Source: Carpediemonas membranifera BICM (taxonomy: Eukaryota > Protista > Fornicata). From it: a DNA stretch of 64,000 nt. Position numbers and translations under genes: made by a program. This document shows positions 48,145-59,983 of the stretch, in pieces (the first letter of the stretch is position 1; every line of letters begins with the position of its first letter). The stretch covers positions 1,064,452-1,128,451 of the forward strand of contig JAHDYR010000038.1 in the NCBI GenBank assembly GCA_019828565.1, read 5' to 3'. The notes under the pieces are model-generated. The model did no database searches and was not told where the DNA came from. It saw only the letters and a program-made list of their open reading frames with translations.

Positions 48145-50664
48145 ATGCTGGCCGACTTTTGTCCCAGGGCAGTTGGAAAAATTTCCTGCGTGCGCGAAAA
48201 ACTCACTAGACGAATGTTGGTGAAAGTACCGGAAGCTACCAGGAAACGAACACAAGACCAGTGGGAAGCTATCAGACAGGAAACCAGCGCATATCTAGCT
48301 AACAGACAGGACGGAAAGACGCTGATACTCAGGTGGAACGGCGACTTCAAGGGGAAATCCTTCGGGAAGAACTCCAAGGGCCGCGAGGAAGTAGCCCGTA
48401 ACATCAGACGCATCCTACTAGCTACCGGAGCCACTGCTATCAAGGACTCTATCACTACTCATCCCAAAGGCATCCTAGCTCTGAAGGAACTCTTCATTGT
48501 GCTAACGGAAGCCTTGGATCCCAGAGAAAAGGTAGAAACCGAGATACAACAGAGCGCCGAAGCTATCAGCATCCAAGCGGGCCACAAAAACCTCAGCAAG
48601 TGGCCGTCCGAAAGCACCATCGAGAAACTAGTCCTCAGCCCCACCACCAACTGCTATCAAACACACAACGACAGCCTCTACTGGTCCAAAGAGCGTGATA
48701 CTGTTGTTATCAGAGCACCGGACACTTTCACCATCACAGCAGGCCCCCCCGGCAAAGAACGAGCCACCACTGCTACCAGAAGAGACGTCTGGGACCCCGA
48801 AAACCCTGGCACGATCACCCAAGTGGCCCTGGAACAACAGGACGGCAGCTTCAAGGTCATCCTGGATCTCAAGGACCACGAGGCCTTCGCTATCAGTAGA
48901 TTCTCGGAGGAAGCGAGAGACGTTCTCCGACTGCAAGCACCCGAAGCGCCGGCAGCGTGGATGGCAGCCTGGAACTCCACCGGCATTCCACTGGGAGGAA
49001 GAGTCATCATCTGCAAGCCGGGTGAGGAGTCCCCTCTCGGCGAGCTACCAGCCTTCGCAGCTATCAGATCACTCATCCTCGAAGCCATGTTGAACAGTAG
49101 TGAGAAGACCTATCCCCAGGAAGATAATGCTAGCAGCAACAGCACCGACGTCGACGAGGAAGAAGAGGGCGAACAGGAACCCGACGCCCCCGAGCCCAAG
49201 CAGAAGGATAAGGTGAGCTTTGACGACCTATTCGGGGACCTGAAGCCTGTAGAGCCTCGACCCCGCGACGCCAAGCAGTCCTCCTCCACCCAGAAGCCGT
49301 TACCAGACCCGCTTGCCAGAAGCCCAGACCCCAAGGCCCACCCACGGCAGCTAGCAGACAAGGAGCCAGAGCCCAAACCCACCCTCTTACTTGCGGCCAT
49401 ATACTTCGAGTGCGGCCACTCAGGCTGTGAGAGTGAAAACGTCCCAGCAAACCCAGTGGAGGGCGGAGTCATCGTCTTCAACCCGCTAACAGGGGAGATA
49501 TCAGGGCACGGGCACGGTCTCTTCTATCAGAACATGCCGGTACAGCAGATTGACCAGGCGAGGTACGCATCATGGGCCATCTCCGGCCTGCCGCCAGCTA
49601 TCTTCGTCGATGTCGCTACTGGGATGCCCCCGGAAGAGTTCAGAACGCACTTCTCAAAGTTCACAGACTGGGCCGAACACCTTGCTATCAGACTCAGGAG
49701 GATGGAGGACGCAGGCGAGTTCAAGATCGTACTATACGCTAAGGGCGTACACATGGAGAAGTTTCTGCTCACCAACCAAGTCAACGGGCTATCAGGGGAG
49801 GTAACCACCTACTTCGCGGACAGGCTAGTCGATGAGAAGGATCTCCCAGACGCTATCAGAGACTTAGAACCCAGACTAGCGGGCGCTATCAAGGCCAGCC
49901 TCCAGGACGAGAGGACCATGGGATGGCTCAACTCCTGGAGCAGTGGGTGGCAACGCAGGAGCGAGCCAAAGGCGGTGTGCCCCTACCACAGGTATGCAGC
50001 CGGCCACTACCACTGCGGGCTGGCCGATGTTACCATCTTCACAGTCAAGACCTTGGCCATGACCCACTCCTTCCGATGCCAGCAAGACAGAGAGAGCTTC
50101 CTCGGTGATATACTGCCCAAAGCTATCAGCTCCGTCGCTCAAGCAGATCTGGAAACGGACCTCTTCGGCGGTAACAGCTTCGCTAACAGACAAGAAACCT
50201 TCGAGATCTTCAGAGGCCAACCTGGCAGAGTGAGCCTGAGAGATGGCAAAGAGGGTAACAAGATCCTAGTAGTACCGGACAGATACAGCAGATTTGGCAT
50301 GGGCTTCGGCTTCTCAGATGTGGTTAAGGGTATGAAGGGTCTGCTACTTGCGCCCGCAGCTATCAAGAGAGGGAACGTCATCGACAGGAACCCGGTGTGG
50401 TCCCTCCTCGAGCACGTCGAACCTGACGAGATGGCATGGCTCCAAGCCGAGCACGGCCTCGGAGTAGCCCCCCCTCGAGCTATCATCAAGCTATCAGACG
50501 TCTACCACTGGTGGCCCGACAAAGCCACGACAGCTCATAAGGATGGATACGGCTGCCAACTGCTAGCAGAAGACTGTGCCGAGTACGCTGAAATCATCGC
50601 GAACATCAAGGCGTACAGAGGCAGAGTCGAAGGCTTCAGAGCAGCATTCATCCCGAGAGACTAG
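48145..50664 (+). CDS. LINE B upstream ORF with a Maelstrom/arenavirus-NP-like DEDDh-fold domain (~49384-50070)
   Basis: IYFE...PVEGG...LYAKGVHMEKFL...CPYH...HCGLADV. Confidence 0.65.
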   Translation: MLADFCPRAVGKISCVREKLTRRMLVKVPEATRKRTQDQWEAIRQETSAYLANRQDGKTLILRWNGDFKGKSFGKNSKGREEVARNIRRILLATGATAIKDSITTHPKGILALKELFIVLTEALDPREKVETEIQQSAEAISIQAGHKNLSKWPSESTIEKLVLSPTTNCYQTHNDSLYWSKERDTVVIRAPDTFTITAGPPGKERATTATRRDVWDPENPGTITQVALEQQDGSFKVILDLKDHEAFAISRFSEEARDVLRLQAPEAPAAWMAAWNSTGIPLGGRVIICKPGEESPLGELPAFAAIRSLILEAMLNSSEKTYPQEDNASSNSTDVDEEEEGEQEPDAPEPKQKDKVSFDDLFGDLKPVEPRPRDAKQSSSTQKPLPDPLARSPDPKAHPRQLADKEPEPKPTLLLAAIYFECGHSGCESENVPANPVEGGVIVFNPLTGEISGHGHGLFYQNMPVQQIDQARYASWAISGLPPAIFVDVATGMPPEEFRTHFSKFTDWAEHLAIRLRRMEDAGEFKIVLYAKGVHMEKFLLTNQVNGLSGEVTTYFADRLVDEKDLPDAIRDLEPRLAGAIKASLQDERTMGWLNSWSSGWQRRSEPKAVCPYHRYAAGHYHCGLADVTIFTVKTLAMTHSFRCQQDRESFLGDILPKAISSVAQADLETDLFGGNSFANRQETFEIFRGQPGRVSLRDGKEGNKILVVPDRYSRFGMGFGFSDVVKGMKGLLLAPAAIKRGNVIDRNPVWSLLEHVEPDEMAWLQAEHGLGVAPPRAIIKLSDVYHWWPDKATTAHKDGYGCQLLAEDCAEYAEIIANIKAYRGRVEGFRAAFIPRD

Positions 50665-50667
50665 GGC

Positions 50668-51444
50668 GTGGTGAGAGTCCGTGAGGCTGCCACAACGCTC
50701 CGCCGCATGGCCAGAGACAAGACGACCGACAGACTCACCCCAAACCCGATCCCAGAAGAGAAGCCAGTCAGATTCATGGGTAGATCCCCGCCCCACTACG
50801 TCCCAAAGGACCAGAACCCCGAAGAAGCCCCCTACGTCCTAAGGTACGCCGACACAGGGATGCCCGAGAAGCTCGAAGCTATCAGAAGACGGTTTGTCGG
50901 CACCACGACTGACCAAGGTCCCAGGCCGCCCCACAGACCATCTCCCAGACCCTCACAGAGAAGAGATTACAGAGGCGCAGATAACTTCAGAGGCCGTGAC
51001 AGCTGGATTGACCAGCGCACGCCACCCACGTCCCCTTTCGGCAAGAGCAGAAGCCAGCAAGACAACTATCAGTGCAGAGAGACACCCCTCTCCTCCAACT
51101 ACTCCAGCGGCACGTACAAGAGGAACTCCCTCTACAGAGGCTCACCATACGCATGGGAGAACAAGCGGCGGGCAGACGACCACTCAACGGGCACTGAGAG
51201 AAGCAGACTATCGGGGCCCCGCGAGGATGAGACTACCAAGATGCTCCAGACCCAACTAACAAGAGCCCTCAGAGAGATCGACGAACTCAAGCAACGCATC
51301 GAACAAGACCGCACCTCAGACCTCAGACGCTCAGGCAAGCCCAAGAGCAAGAAGAACAAGAGGATCAAGAAGCTGATCAAGCTACTGGACTCAGAGGACA
51401 GCGATGAGGATGTGGAGGACAAGGAGGAGGACTGTGTGGGGTAA
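50668..51444 (+). CDS. LINE B ORF1 C-terminal part (in frame after a TAG)
   Basis: R/S/P-rich, then coiled-coil, basic and acidic tail as in LINE A ORF1. Confidence 0.6.
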   Translation: MVRVREAATTLRRMARDKTTDRLTPNPIPEEKPVRFMGRSPPHYVPKDQNPEEAPYVLRYADTGMPEKLEAIRRRFVGTTTDQGPRPPHRPSPRPSQRRDYRGADNFRGRDSWIDQRTPPTSPFGKSRSQQDNYQCRETPLSSNYSSGTYKRNSLYRGSPYAWENKRRADDHSTGTERSRLSGPREDETTKMLQTQLTRALREIDELKQRIEQDRTSDLRRSGKPKSKKNKRIKKLIKLLDSEDSDEDVEDKEEDCVG

Positions 51445-51835
51445 GCAGGTAAACAGATTCTTCTTCAACAACAGAAAATTATCAGATTCTTTTACAAACA
51501 CAATCCTGGCTCCCACCCAGGACCTGGCATTAGCCAAGAAGGGCACTGCCAGTGGGCTGCAGCGACAGCCAAAGGGGGGGTCACGCCAAAGCGCCCCCTC
51601 CTAAGTCAATTGCCAGAGAACTCAATGGTCACCAGAGCACAAGAAGTTGGCCTAACGGGGATCACCTGAGCCGGCACTGAGGCCCCCGTTAGGACGCGGC
51701 TATCAGAAATTCTAGGAAATTCGCAGGATAAGAACCAAGCAGAATCAACATGGAAAGAACTAGTATAATCAGTCTCAACTCTCAAGGTCACATTGGGAAA
51801 GGGAAGGACTTTACTGCATCCATCGCCACAGCACT

Positions 51836-53944
51836 TGTGCCGGGAGAGCCGTCACAGAGTCAATGAGATGGCAACTACTTTATATACTTGACCTAGTGTA
51901 TCATATAAATCCCTGGAGCCCCGTGACATCCTACCCGCCCTCTCACGTCGGAGAGAGATCACCTGGGTTATGTGCTATGGCGGCAGACGGCTATATGGTC
52001 ATGTATTGATATCAGACTAGTCCGTAACTACGGAATGAGGCGACCTTGGTCCTGCCTCGGCGACCTAACACTAGGCCTCCTAGCTGTACTTTGGAATTCG
52101 AATGTCAACGAAAGACATGATGATGTCTCTTAGACTATGGCGACGTTCAGTCGTATTATGCTACTGCATATGCTAGCGCGTTGCTGCTGGCAGCGCTACT
52201 CCTCCCTCGTCGGGAATTGTCCAGCTCTACTAAGCTGACATAGGGCGCGGGTTCGAGTCCCGTGTAGTTCATTGTTTGATCCATCTTCAGAGTGAAGAAT
52301 TAGGACGTGGAGAGGTGCGAGGCATTGCTCACACGACGACAGGATCTGTCCTCTCTAGTTTGAGATTGATGTAATCAGATGAGTCATCTGATTGATGTCG
52401 ACGGTTTGACCCTACCCGACCCTGAAGATGCATGATCTTGTTCAAGGTAAAGAGGGATGAAGGGCCCGCCGTATAGAATTGCTGTGTAGCAATGGTCGGG
52501 TCGACCGACTTTGGCCGAGTCGACGACGACGTAGGCGCAGGGTCAAGACTAGGCGCTGGCTTGTCGTGGAGCACCAGACTGCTGATGGTGCTTGTTGTAT
52601 TGCTGAGTACTGTTCTTGGCAGTGCTTATTGCCGTTCGACAGGATGACCTGCGATGACATGAGAAGTTGATGCTCAGTGTGCACCGGTAAGATGGTGGAG
52701 CCGTCAAAACGCCACCGTTTCGTGTTAAGGATTATAAATAACCCATTTGGAGCGTTGTAGATGCTTTCCAAAACGGATATTTGATATTATTCCCTCCAAC
52801 CGTGGTTCTGCGCATAAGCTGTCCAGCGCAGAATATGGCAGATGCAAGACCCGGGGCCGGAGGACCTACTAGGCTGCCTCGCTGGGTTCCCGGTGTTTGA
52901 GCCGTGTGCGGGCCATCTTTGACCCGTATGGACCGGTTGGGCCGAATGACGCCAAACTCGGTCTCGTCGGAATCTCTCCGACTTTTGTGTGATGATAGTA
53001 GTGTATATAAACATCCTAGTTCTGCTATTACTTCTTGCTGCAGAAGCTTAGCGGCTTGGTAATGACCAAAACCTGCGAAATCTTAGTTTCGACGTTGAGA
53101 TCCAGGCCGTCCGGAGGACTTGCCGTTAACAGATGGTGATACATCGTATATAAAGTGTTCCTGAGCTGCTATTCACGGTCATTTGGCGGAATAGTTGCGG
53201 TCTTTCATTTCGACCTTTGCAGCTGATGAATCTAAGACTGACCCGAACCGAGTCGATCATACTGATCCTAAACCACGCATGCGCGGTGAGCCATATACCT
53301 CCCCTCACTAGGTGGCGAGGTCTTATTGCCCCAGAACAGGCCGTGACCATTAGTTCGGGGTCTTGACGAAGCGAGCAGGCACGTAGCCATTTGCCCGTCT
53401 TAATCTCGAGCAGACGCGAAGCCCTTAGCTCGTCTTGACTGCGAGGAGGCTGGACAGCGCCTCTTACTCTCTCTCCTCGCAGTGTTTGATGCTCGCCGCG
53501 GCGAGGAGACAGTTCAGCATCTCCCTACAGGGGAGCTGGACCATGTCCCTTACTCTCTCCCTCGGAAGATGGTTACCAGTCGACGGCGGCAGTTAGTCCG
53601 TTGGACTGTCGAGAGCTGGGTGAAAATCCTTTCCGCCCTCGTTTGTTAAATGGAAGATGCAGGCCGAAGGCCATTAGCATTGGCGATCAGAAGGTTGGGC
53701 AATGCCTCTTACACCATTATCTGTCTTGTTGCTCGCGGATTTGCGCCAAGCATAGTTGAAGATGCCCAAAACGATGAAACGTCGGGTCTTCTTGCAGAAA
53801 CAAGTTCTGTATGTGCTGATCGAGCAGCCCCTTATACTAAAGTAATTACTTTGTGCCGGGAGAGCCGTCACAGAGTCAATGAGATGGCAACTACTTTATA
53901 TACTTGACCTAGTGTATCATGTAAATCCCTGGAGCCCCGTGACA
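51836..53944 (-). mobile_element. Non-autonomous LTR element (TRIM/LARD-like)
   Basis: 93-bp TG...CA LTRs at 51836-51928 and 53852-53944 (1 mismatch), CACT TSD, minus-strand purine tract beside the left LTR, no retroelement ORF. Confidence 0.9.
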
Positions 53945-54609
53945 CACTACAAGCGAGAATCAAGAATACAGAAGCGTTATGCATCCAAGAAACATGGCGC
54001 ACGGCTAACACGAGGATCCACTGCTTTGCGGACTTCGATTATGGTCGAGAAACAGAAGAAAACCTGCTAGCAGAGAACGAGAAGAGCAGAAGAGAAGCTA
54101 ACAGACATCGACGCATCAATAAGCGGTTCGGGCTAACAGAAGAAGTCCCATTGCCAAGGTGGAAGGGCACAAGGGAAGGTATAGGCACAGTGATCAGCCC
54201 ACACGCCAAGGGAGAATGGGAAGTCGGAATCACAGACAGCCTGTCGGGCAGAATACAGGCTAGCATACTCAGAACCAGTCGGGACCTATTGATCATCAAC
54301 GTGTACGGCCCGACTACCGATAAGAAGAAAGAGGTCAAGGACAAGTTCAAGGCTGACCTGCAGGACATCTTAGACATGAAGGGCGACATGGAAGCTATCA
54401 TAATTGGAGACTGGAACATGAAACCCGATAGGGCTAGCAGAGCTATCAGATGGAAGGACTTAATGGCTAGGTTCAAGCTCCGGGCAGTGTACACAAGCGA
54501 CCACACGTACCCATCTGGGAAATCTAGACCGGACTTCGCGATGGTCTCGGAGGGCATCCGAGAAGCAAAGGTGGAGACGGTAGAGCCCCAGACAATAGGA
54601 GTGTGAGGT

Positions 54610-57600
54610 TGTGCCGTGCTAGGGCCCAGAAATATGATAAAGACTGTTTTACGAATTCCGCAGGTTAAGGGCACACTTCCCTCCCAATGCGTGTCGCACG
54701 ACTAACGGCGACCGCTCCTGCGGAACTTCTTCTTAGCACTCTCAAACATCGGCTTGAGACCAGGATTGAGCTCGAGATAACTGTCGATAGCCTCGAGCTG
54801 GTCGTAGTAGCGATTATAGGGGATGTATGAGTCCTCGTCGGGGGTGAGGCCTTCCCAACGGATCAGTAGCTCCAGAGAGCCGTTCTTCTTCTTACGGTGG
54901 CCTACGACTGCCTCCACGGGTTGTTCATCTTGCTCGTAGGCGGCAATTTCCTCGAGCTCCTTCTCCGTGAGGCCGTCGGCGTGGAATGTGACGAGTCGGT
55001 CTGCGTGGACTGTGGCGACGCACTTCGACACGAGATCCATCACCTTGTAGGTGTTGGGGTGATCGCCCTTCCCCTCCATGCGGAGCGGTCCGCGCAGAGG
55101 CGGGAGTAGCTTGGTCGGCGGCTTGCCCGGGTATCTCAGCAGGACGTAGGTTTCGTTCTCCCAGGCCCGTGTGCTGTCCGAGGAGCCTGCAGCCTTGTTT
55201 ACCTCGTAGGCTTTGACCTTGATCGCGGCAAGTTGTTGGAGCGACGTGACGTGGGCCTGGAAGCGGACGATGTCGTCGGCTTCGACTGAGCCCGGCTCGA
55301 GCATCTGGGTTGCGTTGGTCAGGGCGTCGGGCGCGACGCGCAGCATGGTTGACTTGCGTCCGAACAATAGTTCGAAGGGGCTGAGGCCTGTGGTGGAGTG
55401 GCGGGTGGCGTTGATAACGTGCTGGGCGATGGGCAGGTATGCGGGCCAGTTGTCGTCGCGGGCGTCCAGCAGGAGCGCTCTTAAGCGTCTCATGACGGTA
55501 CCATTCAGGCGTTCGACTACGCCGTTGCTGGCCGGATGATATGCCGTACTGAACCGGTGCTTGAGGCTCAGTCGCTCGTTCATCTCCTCGACTAGGGCAT
55601 TCCTGAACTGTGTACCTTGGTCAGACTGGAGCTCGGCCGGGACGCCGAAAGTCGCCCAGATCTCCAGCAATGCGGCTGCTGCCTCGGCTGCGCTCGTTGA
55701 CCGTGTGGGCTTCAATATGGTGAACTTCGAGAACACGTCCACCACCGTGATGACGTACTTGAGACCGTCTCTCTCGGGCAAAGGGCCAATGGTGTCCACC
55801 TGCACCGTCTCGAATGGGTGGATGCGCTGAGTAGAGTGCCACTTGATCGGCTCCTTGCGGGCTGGCTTTGTCTTGCGACAGATTGGACACTGGCGTAAGG
55901 TCGCGCGGACGTCATCCGACATGCCTGGCCACGTGACACCGGACTGCTTCAGATTGGCGATGGTCTGGTCTGGGCCGACGTGGCCCTGTGCACCGGCGTG
56001 CGCCCTGGTGATCTGCTCTTGGCGCGTCGTGGTGACGTGGTCGATCGAGCGGCGCACCTCGTTCTTGCGCTGAGATGATGGCCGCGACAGTGCGTCGGCT
56101 ACGAGGTTCTGCGCTCCAGCTATGTGTGTGACGTTATACGGATACTCTGTCATGGTGAGTCGCCATCGTGTCAGTTTCTTAGTGCCGTCCTCGTCTGTCT
56201 TCCTGAGTAGCCATATCAGATTACGATGGTCCGTGCGAAGCTCGAACGGCTTCAGCTTGAAGAGGGGGGAAAACTCTGGTCGCGTTACACAATAGACAAT
56301 GGCGAAAAGCTCCTGTTCCACCGTGGACCACCGTTGCTGGGTCTCGTCGAGGGTCTTGCTGTAGAAGGCGAGTGGGACCTTCTCGTCACCCTCGCCCTGC
56401 CACAGTACACCACCGATGGCGGTCGACGATGCGTCGGTCTCGAGAGTCCACTTTGCACTCAGGTCTGGGAGCGCGAGGGCGGTGTGCTCGGCTACTAGGG
56501 TCTTCATACGGGCGAATGCTTCGTCCTCAGTGGCAGTCCAATCGAGGGGGGCCGACTTCTGCGGCGATCCCTTTAGGAGGGCGTTGAGCGGGGCTGATGC
56601 GTGGGCGAGGTGTGGGATATAGTTTGACAGATAGTTGAACTTGCCTAGCGTGCGGCGCAGCTCCGTTGTCGTCGTTGGGGGTGTGAGGTCCTGGATGGCT
56701 GCGATACGTGAGGGGGAAACCGACCTGCCAGACTCGTTGACTATAAACCCACATACTTCAACCTCCTTCATGCCAATGGCACACTTGTCGGCGCGGAGTT
56801 TGATATCGTAAGCTTCCAACTGGTCGAATATCTGGGTGAGGGTCGACTTGAAATCCTGAATGGAGCGGGCGTACGCAAAGATATCGTCGATATAGGCTCT
56901 CGAACCGTCGATACCAGCGAGCATCTCGTCCATGGCTCGCTGGAACTTTGCTGGGGCGTTCTTCAGCCCGAATGGTGTACGTAAGAACTCGTAATGCCCG
57001 CCCGGGACGGTGAATGCGGTGAGCGGGATGCTATCGGTTGCCATGTTCTGCTGCCAGTATCCGCTGCGCAGGTCGAGCGCCGCGAACACGGAGCATCCGC
57101 TCGCCTCGTGTACAAACGATCGGATGTCCGGCGTGGGGTACAGGTCGTCGATGGTGGCGTTGTTCAAGACGTTGTAAGCGATGCAGAAGCGGTCTTCGCC
57201 GCTCTTCTTCTTTGCCATGACGTGCGGGCTAGAGTGCGGACTTTGACTCTCTCGGATCACGCCCTGGTTGAGCATCTTGTCGATCTCCGCGAGGGCTGAG
57301 TTTCCCGGGTCACCCTTCAACGGCCTGGGTCGGGCCCTGGGTGTAGGGCGGCTTGGATCGACGACGATCTCGTGTGGCGGCATCCTGCTGCCATCCGGAG
57401 GTAGAGGGCCAAACACGGCCTTGCGCTCGCGAAGGAAGTCGGTCAGCCAGGCAGCCAGCTCCGGGTTCTCTTCGGTCGGCAGCTTAACCTTGCGCCACTC
57501 TTCCTCGGGGTCGACTTCTTCTGTTGTCGAGTCGAGGTAGGGGTGCTGTCCCAGGCCGTCGTCGTCATCGATCGGGTCAGCGGACGGTATTAGTAGCCGG

Positions 57601-59527
57601 TCGTTCAGCAGGAAGCCGAGGCGGCGGAGCAAATCGCGTCCAATGAGGACCTTCTTCCTCTGGCCCTTCGTGACCATGAGCAACGCAGTGGTGGTCACGG
57701 TCTTTCCGTCGACACTGGGGAGGGTCAGCGAGACCTTGGCGGCTTTGCCAGTGGAGATGATATCGTCCCCAGCGCCGAGAAGTTCGACTGAGGTCGGTAT
57801 CAGGGTCACGTCGGGGATCGCTGCGAGGGCAGGGGCTGATATGACCGACGTGCAAGCGCCGATGTCGAACTTGACGTTCATGTGCTGGCCGTTGATAACA
57901 GCCGGGACCTTCACCGGGTCCTTGTCGAGTATGATGTCCTCGATCTCGTAGACTTCGTTCTCCAACTCCGAATGAGACGCTTCATCCGCGTCAAACACCT
58001 CATCGACGCGGCGGGGGTTCTTCAGGGTAGACGAAGGGCGGAGGTCCATGCGGCCGGCCCGGCGATCCGACTGTTGGTGACTGGTGGGCGCCACAGGGCG
58101 TGCGCGGTTGCCGGGCTGCTTTTGCCGCTCTTCGGGTCTGCGTTCCTGACGCTTCTCGGTCTGTGGCTGGCGTTCTTGGGCCTTGTAAGCCTCCCGTCTG
58201 ATGAGGAACCTGCAGTCCTTCGTCTCGTGGTGCGGGTTCCAGCCATGCTGTGTGCAGTATCTCGTGTGGGAAGGAGGCATGCGGAACTTGGTCTTGTCCC
58301 TGAACTGCTGGAACGGATCGCGACCATCGAGCCTGCGAGCGAGCGGCTTCCTGCCTGAAGTGCCCGACGCCTGCTCGTTGTTGTCGGCTTGTGGGCTGGC
58401 GAGTCTGAAGGCACGCCATGGGATAATGATGTTCTCGTCGTGATCAACATCCAAGTCGCGTAGTTTGTCGAGAAGTTCGCTGATCTTGTCGGAGTAGTCC
58501 TCAATCTCTTCTTCGTATACATCCTCGGCTTCTTTGGAGAAACCTCTAGGCGAAGTCCCGAATGATCCGCTCGAGCAGTTTTGCGGAGATGGTGGGGACG
58601 TCCTTGATGTCTGGGTTGAGGGCGCTTATGAGCTTACGTGCCTTCTCGACGGCCGTTCGGTGCCGGGGCTCCGGACCGTATAGCGTGATGTTGTCGAGCT
58701 TTGCCTTGAGGAGCTTGGCTCTTGCGCCCGGGTCCGTACTAGTCAAGAGGGTATATGCGAGGTAGGGGGCGATGGAGGTCGCCTCCTTGGCGAGGAAAGC
58801 GTAGACGTCCCCGCCATCGAAGACTGGCCAAGCCGCCGAGGAGGGGGCGGGCTTGGTCTCCTCGGGCACTGGGGGCATGTACACGAACGCCACCGAGACG
58901 TCTTCGCCGTCCGGGCCGGTCAGGTTGCCAGGCCGTGCGACTGTCTCGACGTTTGCGATGTCGTGGTCGTCGGTCAGCTGGGTGAAGAAGTCGCGGGCCT
59001 TCTTGCCGCAGTCAGTCAGTATCTGGGGATGTTGAGCTTCAAGGCACTCCCGGGTCATTGCTGTCAGGGTGGGGTCCTTGTGCTTAGCTGCACACTCGCT
59101 ACAGGCGGCGAACGTGGCTTTTCTTATGGTCTTCTGTACCTCCTCTACCCAGATGGCGGTGAGGTTGTCGGTCTTCGTTGTACGGGCTCGTGCCGCAGTA
59201 CTGGCAGAGCTTGTGTTTCGCCGCGCGGCGAGCATCGGAATCGGACAGAACGGTTCGTTGTAGGTCCTCGAAAGTGTCAAAAAGAGTGGTTGGGCGCCAC
59301 TGGGCGCGAAGTTTTTCTGTTGTCTCGGGGGACAATGCCCTAAAGAACGAAATTGGATTCTTCTCGTGGGGCATCGCCGAGAGGTACTCCTGGAGTGCTC
59401 TCTCGACGGCGAACGGGGTGTCAATTGTAAGAGTCTTCATTTGAATCGGCAGTATCGATACTGTGCCGTGCTAGGGCCCAGAAATATGATAAAGACTGTT
59501 TTACGAATTCCGCAGGTTAAGGGCACA
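54610..59527 (-). mobile_element. Full-length chromodomain-bearing Ty3/Gypsy element
   Basis: Identical 66-bp LTRs at 54610-54675 and 59462-59527; PPT GGGAGGGAAG; TSD AGGT/GGGT. Confidence 0.93.
54702..59440 (-). CDS. Gypsy gag-pol: gag (frameshifted, 58546-59440), then protease, RT, RNase H, integrase and chromodomain (54702-58454)
   Basis: FDIGA, TPFGL, YIDD, TDAS, ADALSR, HHCC, SDQG, VERLN, LLIRWEG. Confidence 0.95.
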
Positions 59528-59983
59528 GGGTTCCTCCCACAAGGCTATCAGACTATCGTGGGACGAGCCGAGGTACCCGGAAACTGAGCCCAGGACGGAC
59601 CCCCAGCTGGAAGTCCCGGAGGTCACCACCTGGAAGATGAAGAAGAGAGGAAACCCTACTACCATCAAGACACTTAGGGAGGGACAGTCCATTGACCAAT
59701 GGGAAGAAGCTATCAGAATATCCGTGGGGAAGCCAACCCGGACCAGGGAACCGAAGGAGACGAGCGAAGTCTTCCCCAGCGAAGTATGGAACAAGCTGCA
59801 GCGCACAACGTGGTCTGAGGCAGGCAACACGACAAGGTTGGCTATCATGAAAGACAGGCTATCGGAGTGCTGGAACAAGCGTAGAGAGAAATGGGTGGAT
59901 GAGCTAGGCATGAGCTCCAAGGAAGGATACAAAACGTCGAGGCGGCGGTCAGACGCTGGTGGTGTGAAAATCAATACAAGGGC

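Noticed and set aside
52190-52272. Canonical tRNA gene
   Set aside because: The T arm is good but acceptor, D and anticodon arms are not convincing; reported only as tRNA-like
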